From: Perna viridis
Taxonomy: Eukaryota
NCBI GenBank assembly: GCA_037379345.1
Contig: CM074516.1
Coordinates: 44,615,626-44,679,625, forward strand
DNA: 64,000 nt
Direction: 5' to 3'
The translations under genes were made by a program, and so were the position numbers. Each line of letters starts with the position of its first letter. The stretch's first letter is position 1. The notes under the pieces are model-generated. The model saw nothing but the letters and a program-made list of their open reading frames with translations. It did not search any database and was not told the DNA's origin. This document shows positions 54,401-64,000 of this stretch, piece after piece.

Positions 54401-56005
54401 GGCACATTAAGACATGCTCCTTTCATTCTGGCTATGCTTGATCTACCAAATGTAAATCTTGGACAATTTATTATACAAAAGCTACTAGAGGTTACATCAA
54501 CAGTCACAAACACATAACACTGCCTATTAAGTTTATAAGGGTAGGCTATTTAATTGGGTTTCACAGGATCAAAGGGATTAACAGTCTTGAGTACATCATA
54601 ACAAATCATTATTGTCCAAATAGACTCCCTTGTCTGGCCAAAATTGTAAAAATCAGACAAAATAATTAAACTTAATGAAAATAAAGTTTCTTGAGTATTT
54701 GTCAATTTGATTTGTTACAATGCTATCACCAAATAAATTATTTAATAAAAAGATCTGACTACAACATTAGTTTCTATTAAGTAACAATTGAAATAATTTT
54801 CCGGAAGAAAAATAATTGTGAAACAATCATTATTTTAAAGCCTTGGATATACCACATACTTTTACCTCCAGTTTCCTAGTGTAAGCTAGGCATATGGTTT
54901 ATTTAATGAGACATGTTAGTGATGGATCCAGGGGGTGCAAGGGGTTGGCACCCCTCCTTTTTATTGGAAAATTTGTCATTTTCTTGTGTAAAGTTGACAA
55001 AAAATGGCAAATAATGTCCTAGCACACACCCACTTTCTGAGGAATTTCTGCTGGCATCCCTCCTTTTCAGTGTTCATGTGTTGGTTTTATAAGTTTTGAA
55101 GTTAGTGGTCAGTCGGTGGACCTACAAGATCCACTTTTTGGTAATTCTTTTCTAATAAGCATTTCTATTTTATGAGATATAACAATAATAGCAAAGAGGC
55201 TGGTAAATTAATTTCTGTGTTGAAAACTTGATACATATTTGACAGTTAATTAAATAGCTTCATTTATGATAGTGTCAAAACTGATGTAAATCAATATTTC
55301 CAAAAATAACAGATGATATTAATGACAATAATACTATTGTAAGATGATTAGGGTTAGAGTTAATGAGGTTTTAATGTCCTGTAAAAGAATATTTCAACAG
55401 CTGTAACATAATTAACTTATGGTATGACTTTTTAAGGAATCAGGGTATTTAAAGTTAGTGACTAGTCCTCTTAAATACTTTAATGTTCTTTATAGTTTAG
55501 AGGAAACAAAATTTAAATTAAATATCAAAATATGTATAGTCTTTCCTCCTATGGACATCAAAGGGTTGATCAAAGCTTCAATTGCAGGTGTTCATATGCG
55601 TAGAAAATAAACCCAGTAATATACCAAGTGTAAAATACGAATGTAATGTACAATTAAGTATTTGTTTAGTTGTACTATGCCAATATTTGTCAAACACTTT
55701 TTTTCATGTCTATTTTTATTTTTTTACTAAAAGCAGAGGTTCAAACATGGACTTATAAGTTTCAATCTTGTTACATCCTTATTGTTCAAGTTTCTTTGAT
55801 CTTTTAACCACAAATAAATGTGTATAATTGATGATCTTTAAAGCTTTAAACATAAATAAATATAAATTAGAATTTAGCTCTTTCTAATGTTTCTGTGTTA
55901 TAATGTTAGCTTACCTGACTGAGAGGCGGTATATCTCCAAAAAATAAACACCATCGTAAAAAATATACGATATAAATTCCTGTGTATTGGATGTATCGGG
56001 GTCAT
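12030..56005 (-). CDS. EVA1C: Protein eva-1 / EVA1C-like receptor with two SUEL lectin domains and one TM helix; whole gene, complement(join(12030..12433,13280..13477,14165..14353,22110..22253,23772..23921,27333..27456,40108..40319,55915..56005)), 503 aa
   Basis: Eight GT-AG exons splice in frame (1512 nt). Two Cys-rich SUEL/Gal_Lectin domains (ACDGE..L.I.CP...I....YGR...C..DPCP.TSKYL.V.Y.C and VCEN..L.I.C....I.IYS..FGR...C.G...C......FGNPCP.G..KYL...Y.C), then a stalk and an Eva-1-type juxtamembrane/TM segment EKAILYLVIGVSFGVICLLIVVVI. Confidence 0.9.
12773..13219. mobile_element. MITE with 14-bp TIRs in EVA1 intron 7
   Basis: catacctgttaacc ... ggttaacagatatg (1 mismatch); flanks ctacac/ctacaa. 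Confidence 0.75.
13280..13477 (-). CDS. EVA1C: EVA1C-like coding exon 7 (stalk/juxtamembrane)
   Basis: tttcag|AT; DDAKQDLVRKGE...GAIGLVVDWFNSFYFLS; donor gtaagt. Confidence 0.88.
13736..13859. repeat. About 125-bp imperfect palindrome (hairpin)
   Basis: Core agctcccagttttctgttatctcat-ac-atgacataacagaaaactggagct with outer arms tctaattaaaagc / gctttcaattaga. Confidence 0.8.
14165..14353 (-). CDS. EVA1C: EVA1C-like coding exon 6 (basic stalk)
   Basis: ttgtag|TG; VPKKILKDRLRHHGKNGFHRKKKRKKKPDKEE...NMYPA (CVP..IL continues the lectin domain); donor gtaggt. Confidence 0.88.
14410..15385 (+). mobile_element. Helentron/HINE-like non-autonomous element with internal degenerate repeats
   Basis: Recurrent ccaaattg..tt.ga.caa...cta..atag..ggt.cacaatgg.aatatgtaa blocks; ends in ggacagaaggac plus a terminal hairpin atacccacacttt-gc-aagtggcgggtat. 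Family assignment is from recall. Confidence 0.55.
16620..17410 (+). mobile_element. Decayed non-LTR retrotransposon (CR1/L2-like) ORF2 C-terminal fragment
   Basis: Ordered remnants SYLGSI, NALIGPILY and GYRTLKTFAIEFYL resemble the YLG, D.L..PIL.Y and LRTY..FK.....E.YL motifs downstream of RT; stops and frameshifts present. Confidence 0.45.
17411..18860. repeat. About 165-170-bp satellite-like array (about 6 units) interrupted by two insertions
   Basis: Recurrent aaggtaattaatgaggatttttggcaaattt...agttcaaaggggca...gtttcagaggagtt starting near 17416, 17588, 17793, 17945, 18591 and 18760. Confidence 0.85.
18101..18590 (-). mobile_element. GC-rich SINE-like retroelement with an (AAAC)n tail and a Deu/Nin-like core
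   Basis: Minus strand: gcttgtcgtaaaaggcgactgaa head, gcacgttagagaaccc core, atatagctgaaatattgctg...gttacaccccaacaaacaaac tail; sharp GC/CpG contrast with the host satellite. Confidence 0.7.
19559..19774. mobile_element. MITE of the CAGGGGCGGATCCAG type (degenerate)
   Basis: caggggtgtatggagg ... cctgaatctgctcctg, an internal poly-C run, and attca duplicated on both flanks. Confidence 0.65.
20263..20395. repeat. Tandem repeat, about 50 bp x 2.5
   Basis: gggaatatttgtaat.actaactgg.t..gggttcctttgaag repeated. Confidence 0.7.
21138..21376. mobile_element. TA-flanked MITE filled with ttcac(a/g)tgaaa repeats
   Basis: tacacaggcaaat ... atctgcctgtgta TIRs; a degenerate relative lies at about 22400-22610. 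Confidence 0.75.
22110..22253 (-). CDS. EVA1C: EVA1C-like coding exon 5 (SUEL domain 2, C-half)
   Basis: tttcag|AC; DCKSSTATEEVMKRCHGRNHCVIEAEEYVFGNPCPPGVQKYLSISYTC; donor gtaggt. Confidence 0.94.
23772..23921 (-). CDS. EVA1C: EVA1C-like coding exon 4 (SUEL domain 2, N-half)
   Basis: ttgtag|GT; SDFQNVTVCENDQLNIRCDQKSRRIAIYSVLFGRATTNTPKCLKNGYGYA; donor gtatgt. Confidence 0.92.
24109..24122. promoter_or_regulatory. RFX X-box consensus match in EVA1 intron 3
   Basis: GTAACCATGGTAAC fits GTNRCC(N0-3)RGYAAC. Confidence 0.4.
24932..25222. mobile_element. Palindromic MITE rich in aaacatatg repeats
   Basis: aggaaaaattgcaacacatgttt ... aaacatatggtacaattttttct. Confidence 0.6.
26437..26560. repeat. 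Short tandem repeat
   Basis: acatctactgatctcaggcacatatactgggg x2 followed by shorter actcag..acat.tac.ggg units. Confidence 0.75.
27333..27456 (-). CDS. EVA1C: EVA1C-like coding exon 3 (SUEL domain 1, C-half)
   Basis: tttcag|GTT; VLFDSCQNKRSCQVLASTSTFRQDPCPFTSKYLKVKYKCSP; donor gtaagt. Absent from the ORF track. Confidence 0.93.
32053..32066. promoter_or_regulatory. RFX X-box consensus match in EVA1 intron 2
   Basis: GTAACCAAGGTAAC fits GTNRCC(N0-3)RGYAAC. Confidence 0.38.
35524..35654. mobile_element. Tc1/mariner-type MITE
   Basis: TA-CAGTGAGAC ... GATTTCACTG-TA. Confidence 0.6.
36165..37115. repeat. 51-bp pyrimidine-rich minisatellite (about 18 units)
   Basis: Unit approximately cacctaggatacttctcctttcattactcttttgtccttccaccaccctca; it produces the 17-aa periodic ORF at 36350-36751. 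Confidence 0.92.
37476..37700. mobile_element. Abundant mussel-type SINE-like repeat with an internal 54-bp duplication
   Basis: ttgaagaccgtgtggtga..tgtag x2 then gtcccattggcaatcataccacatctcct; family recognised from recall. Confidence 0.6.
38267..38425. repeat. Tandem duplication, 2 x 80 bp
   Basis: agccagagtgagaaaaccaagtttgaagtgaggcaatttatttaca at 38267 and 38347. Confidence 0.9.
38741..38807. repeat. Tandem duplication, about 37-bp period
   Basis: cacttaatgacaacccaatctcatgtttca twice. Confidence 0.85.
39558..39762. repeat. Tandem repeat, about 50-51 bp x 4
   Basis: ttgcccaggtctgaaattgtatgctatgatatttttttccaaaaaagct. Confidence 0.9.
40005..40140. repeat. 35-bp tandem repeat derived from the EVA1 exon 2 / intron 2 junction
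   Basis: aagtttgtatacctaccct.a.tgaggtaga units; tacctaccct at 40066 and 40101. Confidence 0.8.
40108..40319 (-). CDS. EVA1C: EVA1C-like coding exon 2 (SUEL domain 1, N-half)
   Basis: tttcag|GT; GLLTSTLHNFEVYACDGEMLKIKCPHNTMISIQFSQYGRQVPSHQQCP...EDTNCLASTSLR; donor gtaggt. Confidence 0.93.
48299..48488. mobile_element. MITE
   Basis: ttaaggcaaaaaaaa..tgtttcctgctacc ... ggtagcaggaaaca..ttttgttggcctaa. Confidence 0.65.
50700..51335 (+). mobile_element. Degenerate copy of the repeat family at about 60850-61550
   Basis: Shared blocks atttggctaa.cctaacaa, tgttctatttttagta...gccat.tttt and gagaagat.tttgaa. Confidence 0.6.
53105..53410 (+). mobile_element. Helentron/HINE-like 3' end
   Basis: Duplicated catgcacatctgcatatgatacccaacctt, a ggacagacggatgg microsatellite and a terminal hairpin tacccc...ggggtat. 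Similar ends occur near 240-300 and 35270-35430. Confidence 0.55.
55915..56005 (-). CDS. EVA1C: EVA1C-like coding exon 1 (signal peptide)
   Basis: MTPIHPIHRNLYRIFFTMVFIFWRYTASQS then a strong phase-1 donor CAG|gtaagc that fits exon 2; lies in a CpG-retaining region next to a promoter motif cluster. Confidence 0.75.
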
Positions 56006-56219
56006 GTCTTCACCCAGCAGTTGTTACACTGTAAAACCACTTTAACTGCAGTGCATCGCCATTCTTTTCAATTTTCTGTTTATGAAAATACTTTATACTA
56101 ATCCCAAACATGTTGAGAAACACTGTCATCCCGTGAATTTTCTAAAATCCATCATTTTACATATAAGACATATTTTTAAAATTATGTTTACCGGACCATG
56201 CTTTAAAGTTCAGGAAAAT

Positions 56220-56330
56220 TGACAAAGTGACGTCAAGGTAAAAATCCACATGTGGTCACTCAGGTGGGCGGGGCTTCAAATTACGGGGAAGCGTAACGTC
56301 GTAGTTTATACACAAACGCACTATAGCGTT
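56220..56330 (-). promoter_or_regulatory. Putative EVA1C-like proximal promoter
   Basis: Perfect CRE TGACGTCA (56228-56235), palindromic E-box CCACATGTGG (56246-56255), GC box GGGCGGGGC (56266-56274) and CpG retention, about 220-270 bp upstream of the ATG. Confidence 0.7.
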
Positions 56331-57278
56331 ATGACATGATGAAATGAAAAGGTATTTTCTGAGTGTAACAACCAATTGTTGATTACTCTAGAAGTTTAAA
56401 CATTTAAAATGATAATATGAAAAAATTTACAACTTAAATGCGAAATATCTGTTTTATCTGTTTTAGCATAGATTTGTATCTATGATTTTATAGCTACTAC
56501 CAGTATATAGTTGTTGGAATTTAATTTATGCAGTTTCTCAGCTATGTAGAACGTTCAAATGAATGTTACATGTGTATGGGTTCATTCTATTATTATTTTG
56601 CTTAATTAGACATTTTTTTCTTTTCCCTGTGTAAATACCAAATGGAGGGGGCTGCCAATGGGGTGGTACCATACCACATTGAAATCATGAGGACGTAGGT
56701 TCATCCATGAAAAAAACTATTTTCTTGAAATAATAAAGCAGTTGTTTTCAAAACATCAACTAGAATTTGAATCTAAAACATTATCTGGGAACGAAGTTAA
56801 TAGCAGTCTGGTGTAAACTTATACCCTAAAAATATCACTTTCTGGCCCCACAAGTAATCAGCAAAAAACAAAATTGTCAAAAAAAAAAAAACAAACAAAC
56901 AAACAAAAAAGTAACAGCTTACATGTACTAAATTTTGGTAAAAATAAAAAAGAAATAGGTATTAAACTCATTGATTTTGTATATTGCATCATAAAAGATC
57001 TTGTGAGACTTAGGTATACATAAATCCTCAACAAACCAATATGTGTACAGAAGTCATGTATTAGCTTTGTGAAATGGACACCTGTATGAAACTGAAAATT
57101 TAAAAAAGTGTTGTTAATTGTTTTATGTTACAACATGAAAAATACTTACTTCAGCAAAGTAGTATGTTAAGAAAATGTCAAAATCAGCCCCAAAAACTAA
57201 ATGTTTCAAATGAATTTGATAAATGCATAATTCACTAGTTTAAAATATGCCTTAGCTAAAAACAAAGTTTCATTGCTG

Positions 57279-57661
57279 CATACTTGCCAACCTTTTTTGG
57301 AACCAAAAATGCTGCATCCTGGGCAGATTTTGGAGGATAAAAGACACCTAATAAGGGGAGTGAAAATTTACCATTTGTTCATAATATTTGCCCATTTCCC
57401 CGATTTTTTTTACAATGAAGAAAAATGCTGCATTCTGATGGGCATATTTTGAAAAGAACAGAATATAAGAACTGTTCATTGGTCCATGAGGACTTGAGTG
57501 TATTGTTATAACGCTTCATAACTAGGACTTCCATTTCTGGGGCTTCATCCCCCATCTTTGTATTGTATCAGGGATTTTCCCAAGTTCAAAATTTAGCATC
57601 CCAATAAACTTTTTTAATTGGTGCATATGTATTTAAATTGCCAATGAAAAGGTTGGAGTAT
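57279..57661. mobile_element. MITE related to the 12773-13219 family
   Basis: catacttgccaacctttt ... aaaaggttggagtat. Confidence 0.6.
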
Positions 57662-58669
57662 ATACTATGTCGGACATGTGTTTCACTGCCCTTTATTAAA
57701 CTCCCCCAGTAATGGCAAATTCGTCACATTATGGACTCGAACATAACGTTGAGTTGAATTAAATAAAGATGAATAAAAAATCGGTTATCATTTTTGAAAT
57801 CAATAGGAAAGTTTTTAAGTTGGTAGGCGGTAGAAACACCATGAAATCGGTAGACTAACACCTAAAGTGGTAGGGTTGGCATGTATGTTGCTGTAAATGC
57901 CTGTGATGCGCTTAAGTTGTAGATGAAAATAAAGTAAAATTAGAAAATTAAACCAAATTGTGTTAAAATAGCTTATTACATGAGACATTTTTATGTAGAA
58001 AATATAGAGCACATTTATCAAACTCTTTGATATTTATACAAAAATAGTCTTCTGTACCATCACTGTTCACAACTCCTGACAAAAATGTTGTTCATAGCTT
58101 GCGCTCTACATTTTTGGATTAAAAACTACCCCTAATCCTCTCATTTTTGTGAAAATCCTTGGAAAAGATGTAGCGTTGTGCTCATCTTGTGACTTAATTA
58201 TGATACAATAGCTTGTATTTTCTGTATATTAGTATTCAGATAATGTTTTAGTTTTAAAATAGGCAAATAGAAAATTTCAAATAGTACAGATGTAAGCTGA
58301 AACTTCAGCAAAATAGTAGGCCTAAAACTAGAGTTAGTGAATTAACTCCTTTGTTTATTAACACGTGAATCTGATGCATACCCAGCTTTTCACATTTTCT
58401 AGATGAAATTTAGGCCTCTTTCATGTCAAATCTCTTGATCCATCACTGCTTTCATTATTTTTAACAAAACAAATTCACACGCCAAGCATTGTTTATCCTT
58501 ATTGAATATACATTAACCACTCATTGTGAAACCTAGACTTCTAAAGGGACACTTCTTACTGTTAACAAGAAAAGATACAATGCATTTCAATAACGGCTGG
58601 CCTAGTGTTAACAAAGAGCAATTATAATCTGTGATGGGGAAAAAAGGTAACAGAAAAATATGACAAAAA

Positions 58670-59455
58670 TCAAAGCACTAAAGAGAATGATTTGCTCACC
58701 TGGTAAAAAATGTCCTGTTTTTTTTTTTTATATATATATATCTTTACAGCAATGCAGTAAGTCTAATAAGGGATCGCATACACCTTGAACCCTTTTAGGT
58801 CTTGTAGGCCTTGCTGTAAGGATCATTTCTTCAGTTAAAAGTTTTTTTTCTATCTAATAAGGTTTTAAAATAATAAGAAAACCTCTTCAAAATTTTTCAT
58901 TTTTGTTTTTTCACAGCAATAAATCTAATAAGCAGTCATCTTACAACTTCAACAATCCTTTTGTTGACCTTTGCATAAGGATAATTTCAACAATGAAAGT
59001 TTCTTTCCATATATTATGGTTTTAAAGTAATAAGCTAAACACCGCAAGAACCGTAATGCATGACCTTCCAAGGCCAATAAATCCCATAAAGTGTTTTCAT
59101 AGAGCTTGGACCAAATGGATCTTCAATCTGAAATAAAAAAGGTCGCATTTGACAGTCTGTATTTCTCATAGTTTTGAGATATATGTAGAAAAAGGTTATT
59201 TGACCCCTTGTGGCCTAAAAATAGAAACTTTGGCACCAGACTTTATAATATTGATTTTGAGCAAATGGGAGCCCCTATGCAACCTCTTTATTTTCTACTG
59301 TCAAAAGTTGACAATTTTCCAGCACATACCTCAAGGATGCTGATGCCCAAATAATCCCCAGAGTGGTTTCAGAGGAGAAGTTTTTTAAAGAAAAGATTTT
59401 GATGGCTGGCGGCAATTGATGCAAAGTGACCTTTTGTTCAGATGAGCTTAAAAGC
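58670..59455 (+). mobile_element. Helentron/HINE-like element with degenerate internal repeats
   Basis: gctcacctgg near the 5' end, repeated gaccttg..taaggat.att units, and end gtgaccttttgttcagatgagcttaaaa. Confidence 0.45.
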
Positions 59456-60382
59456 AACCAGTGCATTGAGATAATTTCTACCAGTACAACTCAAACCAAG
59501 GAGGCCCCAGTTTTATCTTAGCAAGCCCATATATCAATATCATAAAGTCAGGTGCTATAATTCTTTTTGTTTTATTAATGCATACTATATCTTTCAGGCC
59601 TTCTCAATCAACAACATGGGAAATACAATTCCATTGGGATTTATAATATCTCAATTTGCAAGTACCAGTAAAAATAAAGAAGTTGCTTAGGGGCTCCTAT
59701 TTGCTCAAAAACTTGTTGTTAAATGCAAAATGAATAAAATTTGCTTTTTTGATTTTTATCCTATTAATTATTCAAAAGCATTTAAGGTTGGACAAATTTA
59801 TAACAGTTATATCATTGTGAGAAAAATATAAGCAATAGTGTAACACTTAAAATTGAAATAAATAGATATATTTCATTATTAGTCACACTTAAAGAATGAA
59901 ATGCCAAGAATAAACTCCTTTTTATTAAGGGAATTTGAGACTATTGGATGCATGCATCATATTAAAATTTCCACATTATTAAACCTGTTTAGTAATACTT
60001 TAGCAAGAACATCAATTGTTTTATTGTCATCAGGTGATGCAAACACAGGAACAACCATTGTACAATGAAGATCAAATATTTACTAATTGAAATAAAATCA
60101 ACTCAAGCGATATTGATATAACTCAACATGAAAAGAAATTATTTCATGTTGCATTGAACAAATTAATATGTAGTAGTATGTATGACACTGTGTGTGGAAG
60201 CCATAAGGATTTTGTAGTTAGTTCAATGTGGCATAGAAGTGGTTGGTATTTGATAAAATCACTAAGAAATCAAAAATATAGAACTATATTTGATATGATG
60301 AGGCAGTTGTATTCCACTTATTGTAAAGAGAATAGACCCCTTCTGTATGTCAAACAGCTAATTTCTACAGATATGGTTAGAT

Positions 60383-61555
60383 AACAAGAGGATGCAAGGA
60401 GACGGAATCCCTCACCAGGTTTAATGTTTGCCTTCGAAGGGCTGTAAGTCTAACAAGGAGTTGTCTGACAATTTTGACTCAAAAAGACCTGGTAGGACTT
60501 ATCTTAAGGATCATTTTAGCAGTTGAAATTTTTGTTTCTTTATATCTATTACAGTTTCCAAGATATTGGCTGAAAACTGCTCAAAACATTATTTTTTGCA
60601 TCTCAAGGGCAATAACAAACAAGGAGTCATCTGACAATTTTGATACGATGCAGACTTTAGTAGACCTTATCTTAAGGATCATTTCAGCAATTGTAAGTTT
60701 CTACCTATCACAGTTTTAAAGATATTGACTGAAAGCTGTAAAATAATATAAATTTTTTACCTTTCAAGGGCAATAACTCTAACAAGGAGTTGTCTGACAA
60801 CTTTGATTCTTGTAGACTTTTGTAGGCCTTATTACAAGGAACATTGAAAAAATTGGCTAAAACTAATGGTTTAGTAGATGTATGAGAAAAACTTCTGATA
60901 CCCCCTTTATTCTACTTTTAGTTACAGGGGCCATGTTTTTCGACTGATCGAAGATACCCACATCAGATCTATGCAGAACAGTCTAAGATATTCCAACAAA
61001 GTTTGGTTCTAATTGGTCTGGTAGTTTCAGACGGGAAGATTTTTGAAGAAAATAACTTTTAGAATAGGGATAAAATGTCAAAAAAGGGCAATAACTCTGA
61101 CATACCTTAACAGATTGAAAAAAAATTTTGACCAGTGATAGATCTTATCATGCTGAACACCTTGATGCTGTCAAAATTTGGCTAAACCTAACAAATTTGG
61201 AGATATATGCCAAAAACTTCTGTCCGACCCTTTTGTTCTATTTTTAGTAATGGTGGCCATGTTTTTCAACGGATCTAAAATCCCCACGTCATTTTGATGC
61301 AGATTACCCTAAGGAACTTTCATACCAAATTTGGTTCAAATTGGTCAAGTAATGTCTGAGGAGAAGATTTTTGAAAGAAAAATCATTAAAAACAGCAATA
61401 AAAAAAATGTAGAAAAAGGGCAATTACTCTTGCATGGTTGGACAGATTAAAACGAAAATTTGAGTTTTGATAGAACTAGCCATACTGAACACTTTTATCT
61501 TATCAGAATTTGGCTAAACCTTAAGGTATTGGAGTTATTTGCACCTATGTTTTCC
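60383..61555 (+). mobile_element. Helentron/HINE-like element with tandem internal repeats (about 165-170 bp, then longer units)
   Basis: Starts aacaagagg; aacaaggagt..tctgacaa.tttga...gtag.ccttat..taaggatcattt x3; aagggcaataactct recurs. Confidence 0.6.
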
Positions 61556-61558
61556 TGT

Positions 61559-62280
61559 TTATTTCATTATGAACAAAACAGTTAAAAAATTACCATATCT
61601 TCTTTCTTTTTCAAGAATAAGAATAAGTACAGGAACTCCATAATAGGTTTTTTTTATAAACTTTAATCCTCTTAATGAAGTTTTAGTCCTTAACCAATTT
61701 ACTGTTCTGTCATCCATGTTAAAGTAGCAAGTAAAAATGTGAAATTCCCTCAGTTTTGACAGAATACAGGCAAAAGGAATAATCAAAGTTGTCCTAGAAC
61801 TCTTACCAACAAATACATACTGATGCTGAATCTTAAGGAAGTACTTATTCTCTTTATCTTCCCATTTATGAATTATGTGTCTGACTGAAACATTACACAT
61901 TTTGTTATGATTCCAAACAACCTGGATACAATTCTGAAAGCATATATCAAAAATAGATTTGTAATGTGGGATCTGTAGTGTGAAAAATGAAAATATTTTA
62001 AAAGAAAGTTGATGTTGTCCAAGGGAGATAATCAATTCTGGTTTATATACTGATTATCATTGACAAAAAATGACACTAACTGCAATAATAGTAAAATGGT
62101 TTGGAGGGCACAGCTTGAGATGACTGCAGAAAAGTTTATACACAGCAGAAGAAAACATTAATTTCTTAACCTTTTCTGCTTCTTATTCGGAAAAATCTGG
62201 AGCCAAAAACCTTTTCAATCCATCAATATCTTCCTTTCTTGCAGTATAATTTCATCGAAATTCATACACTTGACTCATAT
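61559..62280 (-). mobile_element. Decayed coding fragment, probably a LINE ORF2 C-terminal region
   Basis: Longest ORF in the track (158 aa); the frame continues upstream past a few stops; W....TSLRGLKFIKKTYYGVPVL resembles the LINE C-terminal KLRTY..FK..Y..EPYL motif. Confidence 0.4.
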
Positions 62281-64000
62281 TTTTCTCAGAACCAGGTAAA
62301 GTCCCCTATAAATGGTTAAAGGAACAAACCCACAATTTTTTTGTGTATGACACCTTGTTAAAAATTTCAAAGACATTAATATACTTTCACTAAAGTAATT
62401 ATTGAGACAGTAGGCAAATACTATTTCTGGTCATTTCTGGGTCCTAATTCCTAAACAGTTTATGTCACCACCCCAAAAATCAGTCCAGCCTTCCAGTTAT
62501 GGTATGGCATCTTGTGCTTCAATTTCAAAGAGATCCATAAAATTGTACTCAAGTTATTGTTTTTTAAGAAAAGAATTTATTTGTGCTTCTTCTTGCTATA
62601 GCTTTGCCTTAAATCTTTCAAGGTGTCTATAGGAACTAAATGATAACAAAAAGAAAATGGCTATCTAACAGTTTCCATGGAAATAAAACAAATACTAGTA
62701 AATGACAGTTATGAGCACTTTTAATGGTAACATATCAAATTTCTACAGATAGTTTTCTACTTTGAAGGCCATTCAAAATAATTTTTTGCTGAAGTCCTTT
62801 TTATTTTATGCAGTACTATCATTAGTTCACATCTGATTTTATAATGAACGAGTATGAAGATGACTTTTTACAAACTTGCTTACTTGCTTACTAATTAACA
62901 GTAATTTTCTAATTTCTAAGTATTTTTGATAAAGAAATAAGTAATTTTATCTTGTGCTATAGAACTTTTCAAGAGGTATCTGAGAAATTATATTGAATGG
63001 CCTACTTTCTGTGAAGTATATCTAAGTACATGATTTGTGTCAACCATTTACTAACCACTAAACTTTTATAAAATTCTAATAACTTTCCATTTTGCAAAAA
63101 GAGAAAAAGAAAATACTAACAGAAAATTGTGATTGAGATATTAAGAGATATTTCCATTTACATCTTAAACAATATTTGAATTATGTACTTAGTACATAAT
63201 ATCTTATTAATAATGTAAAAAAATCTTTCCTAGAGTAATATTCATATGAATAGGTATAAGGAGATTTTGTATGAGGTATTAGGGGAATACAATTCTGACA
63301 TTACAATATGGCAATATACACCTACAATTATCAGACATCAGAAAGTCTTTACAAACCAGACAACAGTACATCTTTTTAACAGAACAGCAATCAGACATGT
63401 TTAAGTCCATTGCAGATAACAGAGTCTCTCCTTCTGACTAATATTTATTTAAATTCAAAGTAATCGAGGTAGTAAATATATACACAGTTAAAAGGGAACA
63501 GAAGTATTTATGACAATATATTTTTTTAAGTTCATTTTTTCCCTTTCATTTGAAAATAAACTTTGTCAACCAAATATGGATACTATGCTTACAAAATCTT
63601 TTTTTGAACTGTCTGCAGTTCATGCATGTGTAATATCAAAACTGGATTTCAAGATGAACAAAATTAAAGGGAAGGCATATTTCTATTAGGAAAATAGTTG
63701 CCACATTTGTCAACAATTTTATTACCTTCATGGTTTCTATTGATTAAGACAACTTAAAACATTTAGTTCATAGAATCATGTTGCCTTACATTCCTTACAG
63801 GAGAAAACACATTTTCTTAAGATTCATATGAAATCATTAAAAATTACAGGATGAATGTTATACAAACTTATTTATGATGTAACGTTTTTTTAATCTTTTA
63901 TTTCTGTGATTTTATTTGATATTACAATATGGCAAAACGTCTTTGTAGTGGCTAAGCTAATATCTTAATGATAGTACTGGAAACTGGGTAATAGCAAAAA

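Overview
AT-rich, intron-rich animal genomic DNA; the repeat types suggest a bivalve mollusc, possibly Mytilus-like (inference). I reconstructed two complete spliced genes by hand, arranged tail to tail. (1) CFAP298/C21orf59 lies on the + strand with 7 coding exons (4291-7091, 290 aa) and one GC-AG intron. (2) An EVA1C/eva-1-like type I membrane receptor lies on the - strand with 8 coding exons (56005-12030, 503 aa): signal peptide, two SUEL/galactose-binding lectin domains, a basic stalk, a TM helix and a cytoplasmic tail. Its first two introns are about 15.6 kb and 12.7 kb. The same two genes are convergent near-neighbours on human 21q22.11, so this looks like ancient bilaterian microsynteny; two canonical RFX X-boxes in the EVA1 introns suggest a possible regulatory reason. 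The remainder is MITEs, Helentron/HINE-like satellite-bearing elements, SINE-like and decayed LINE-like fragments, and minisatellites. Most short ORFs in the supplied track are spurious. No prokaryotic-type system (CRISPR, operon) is present.
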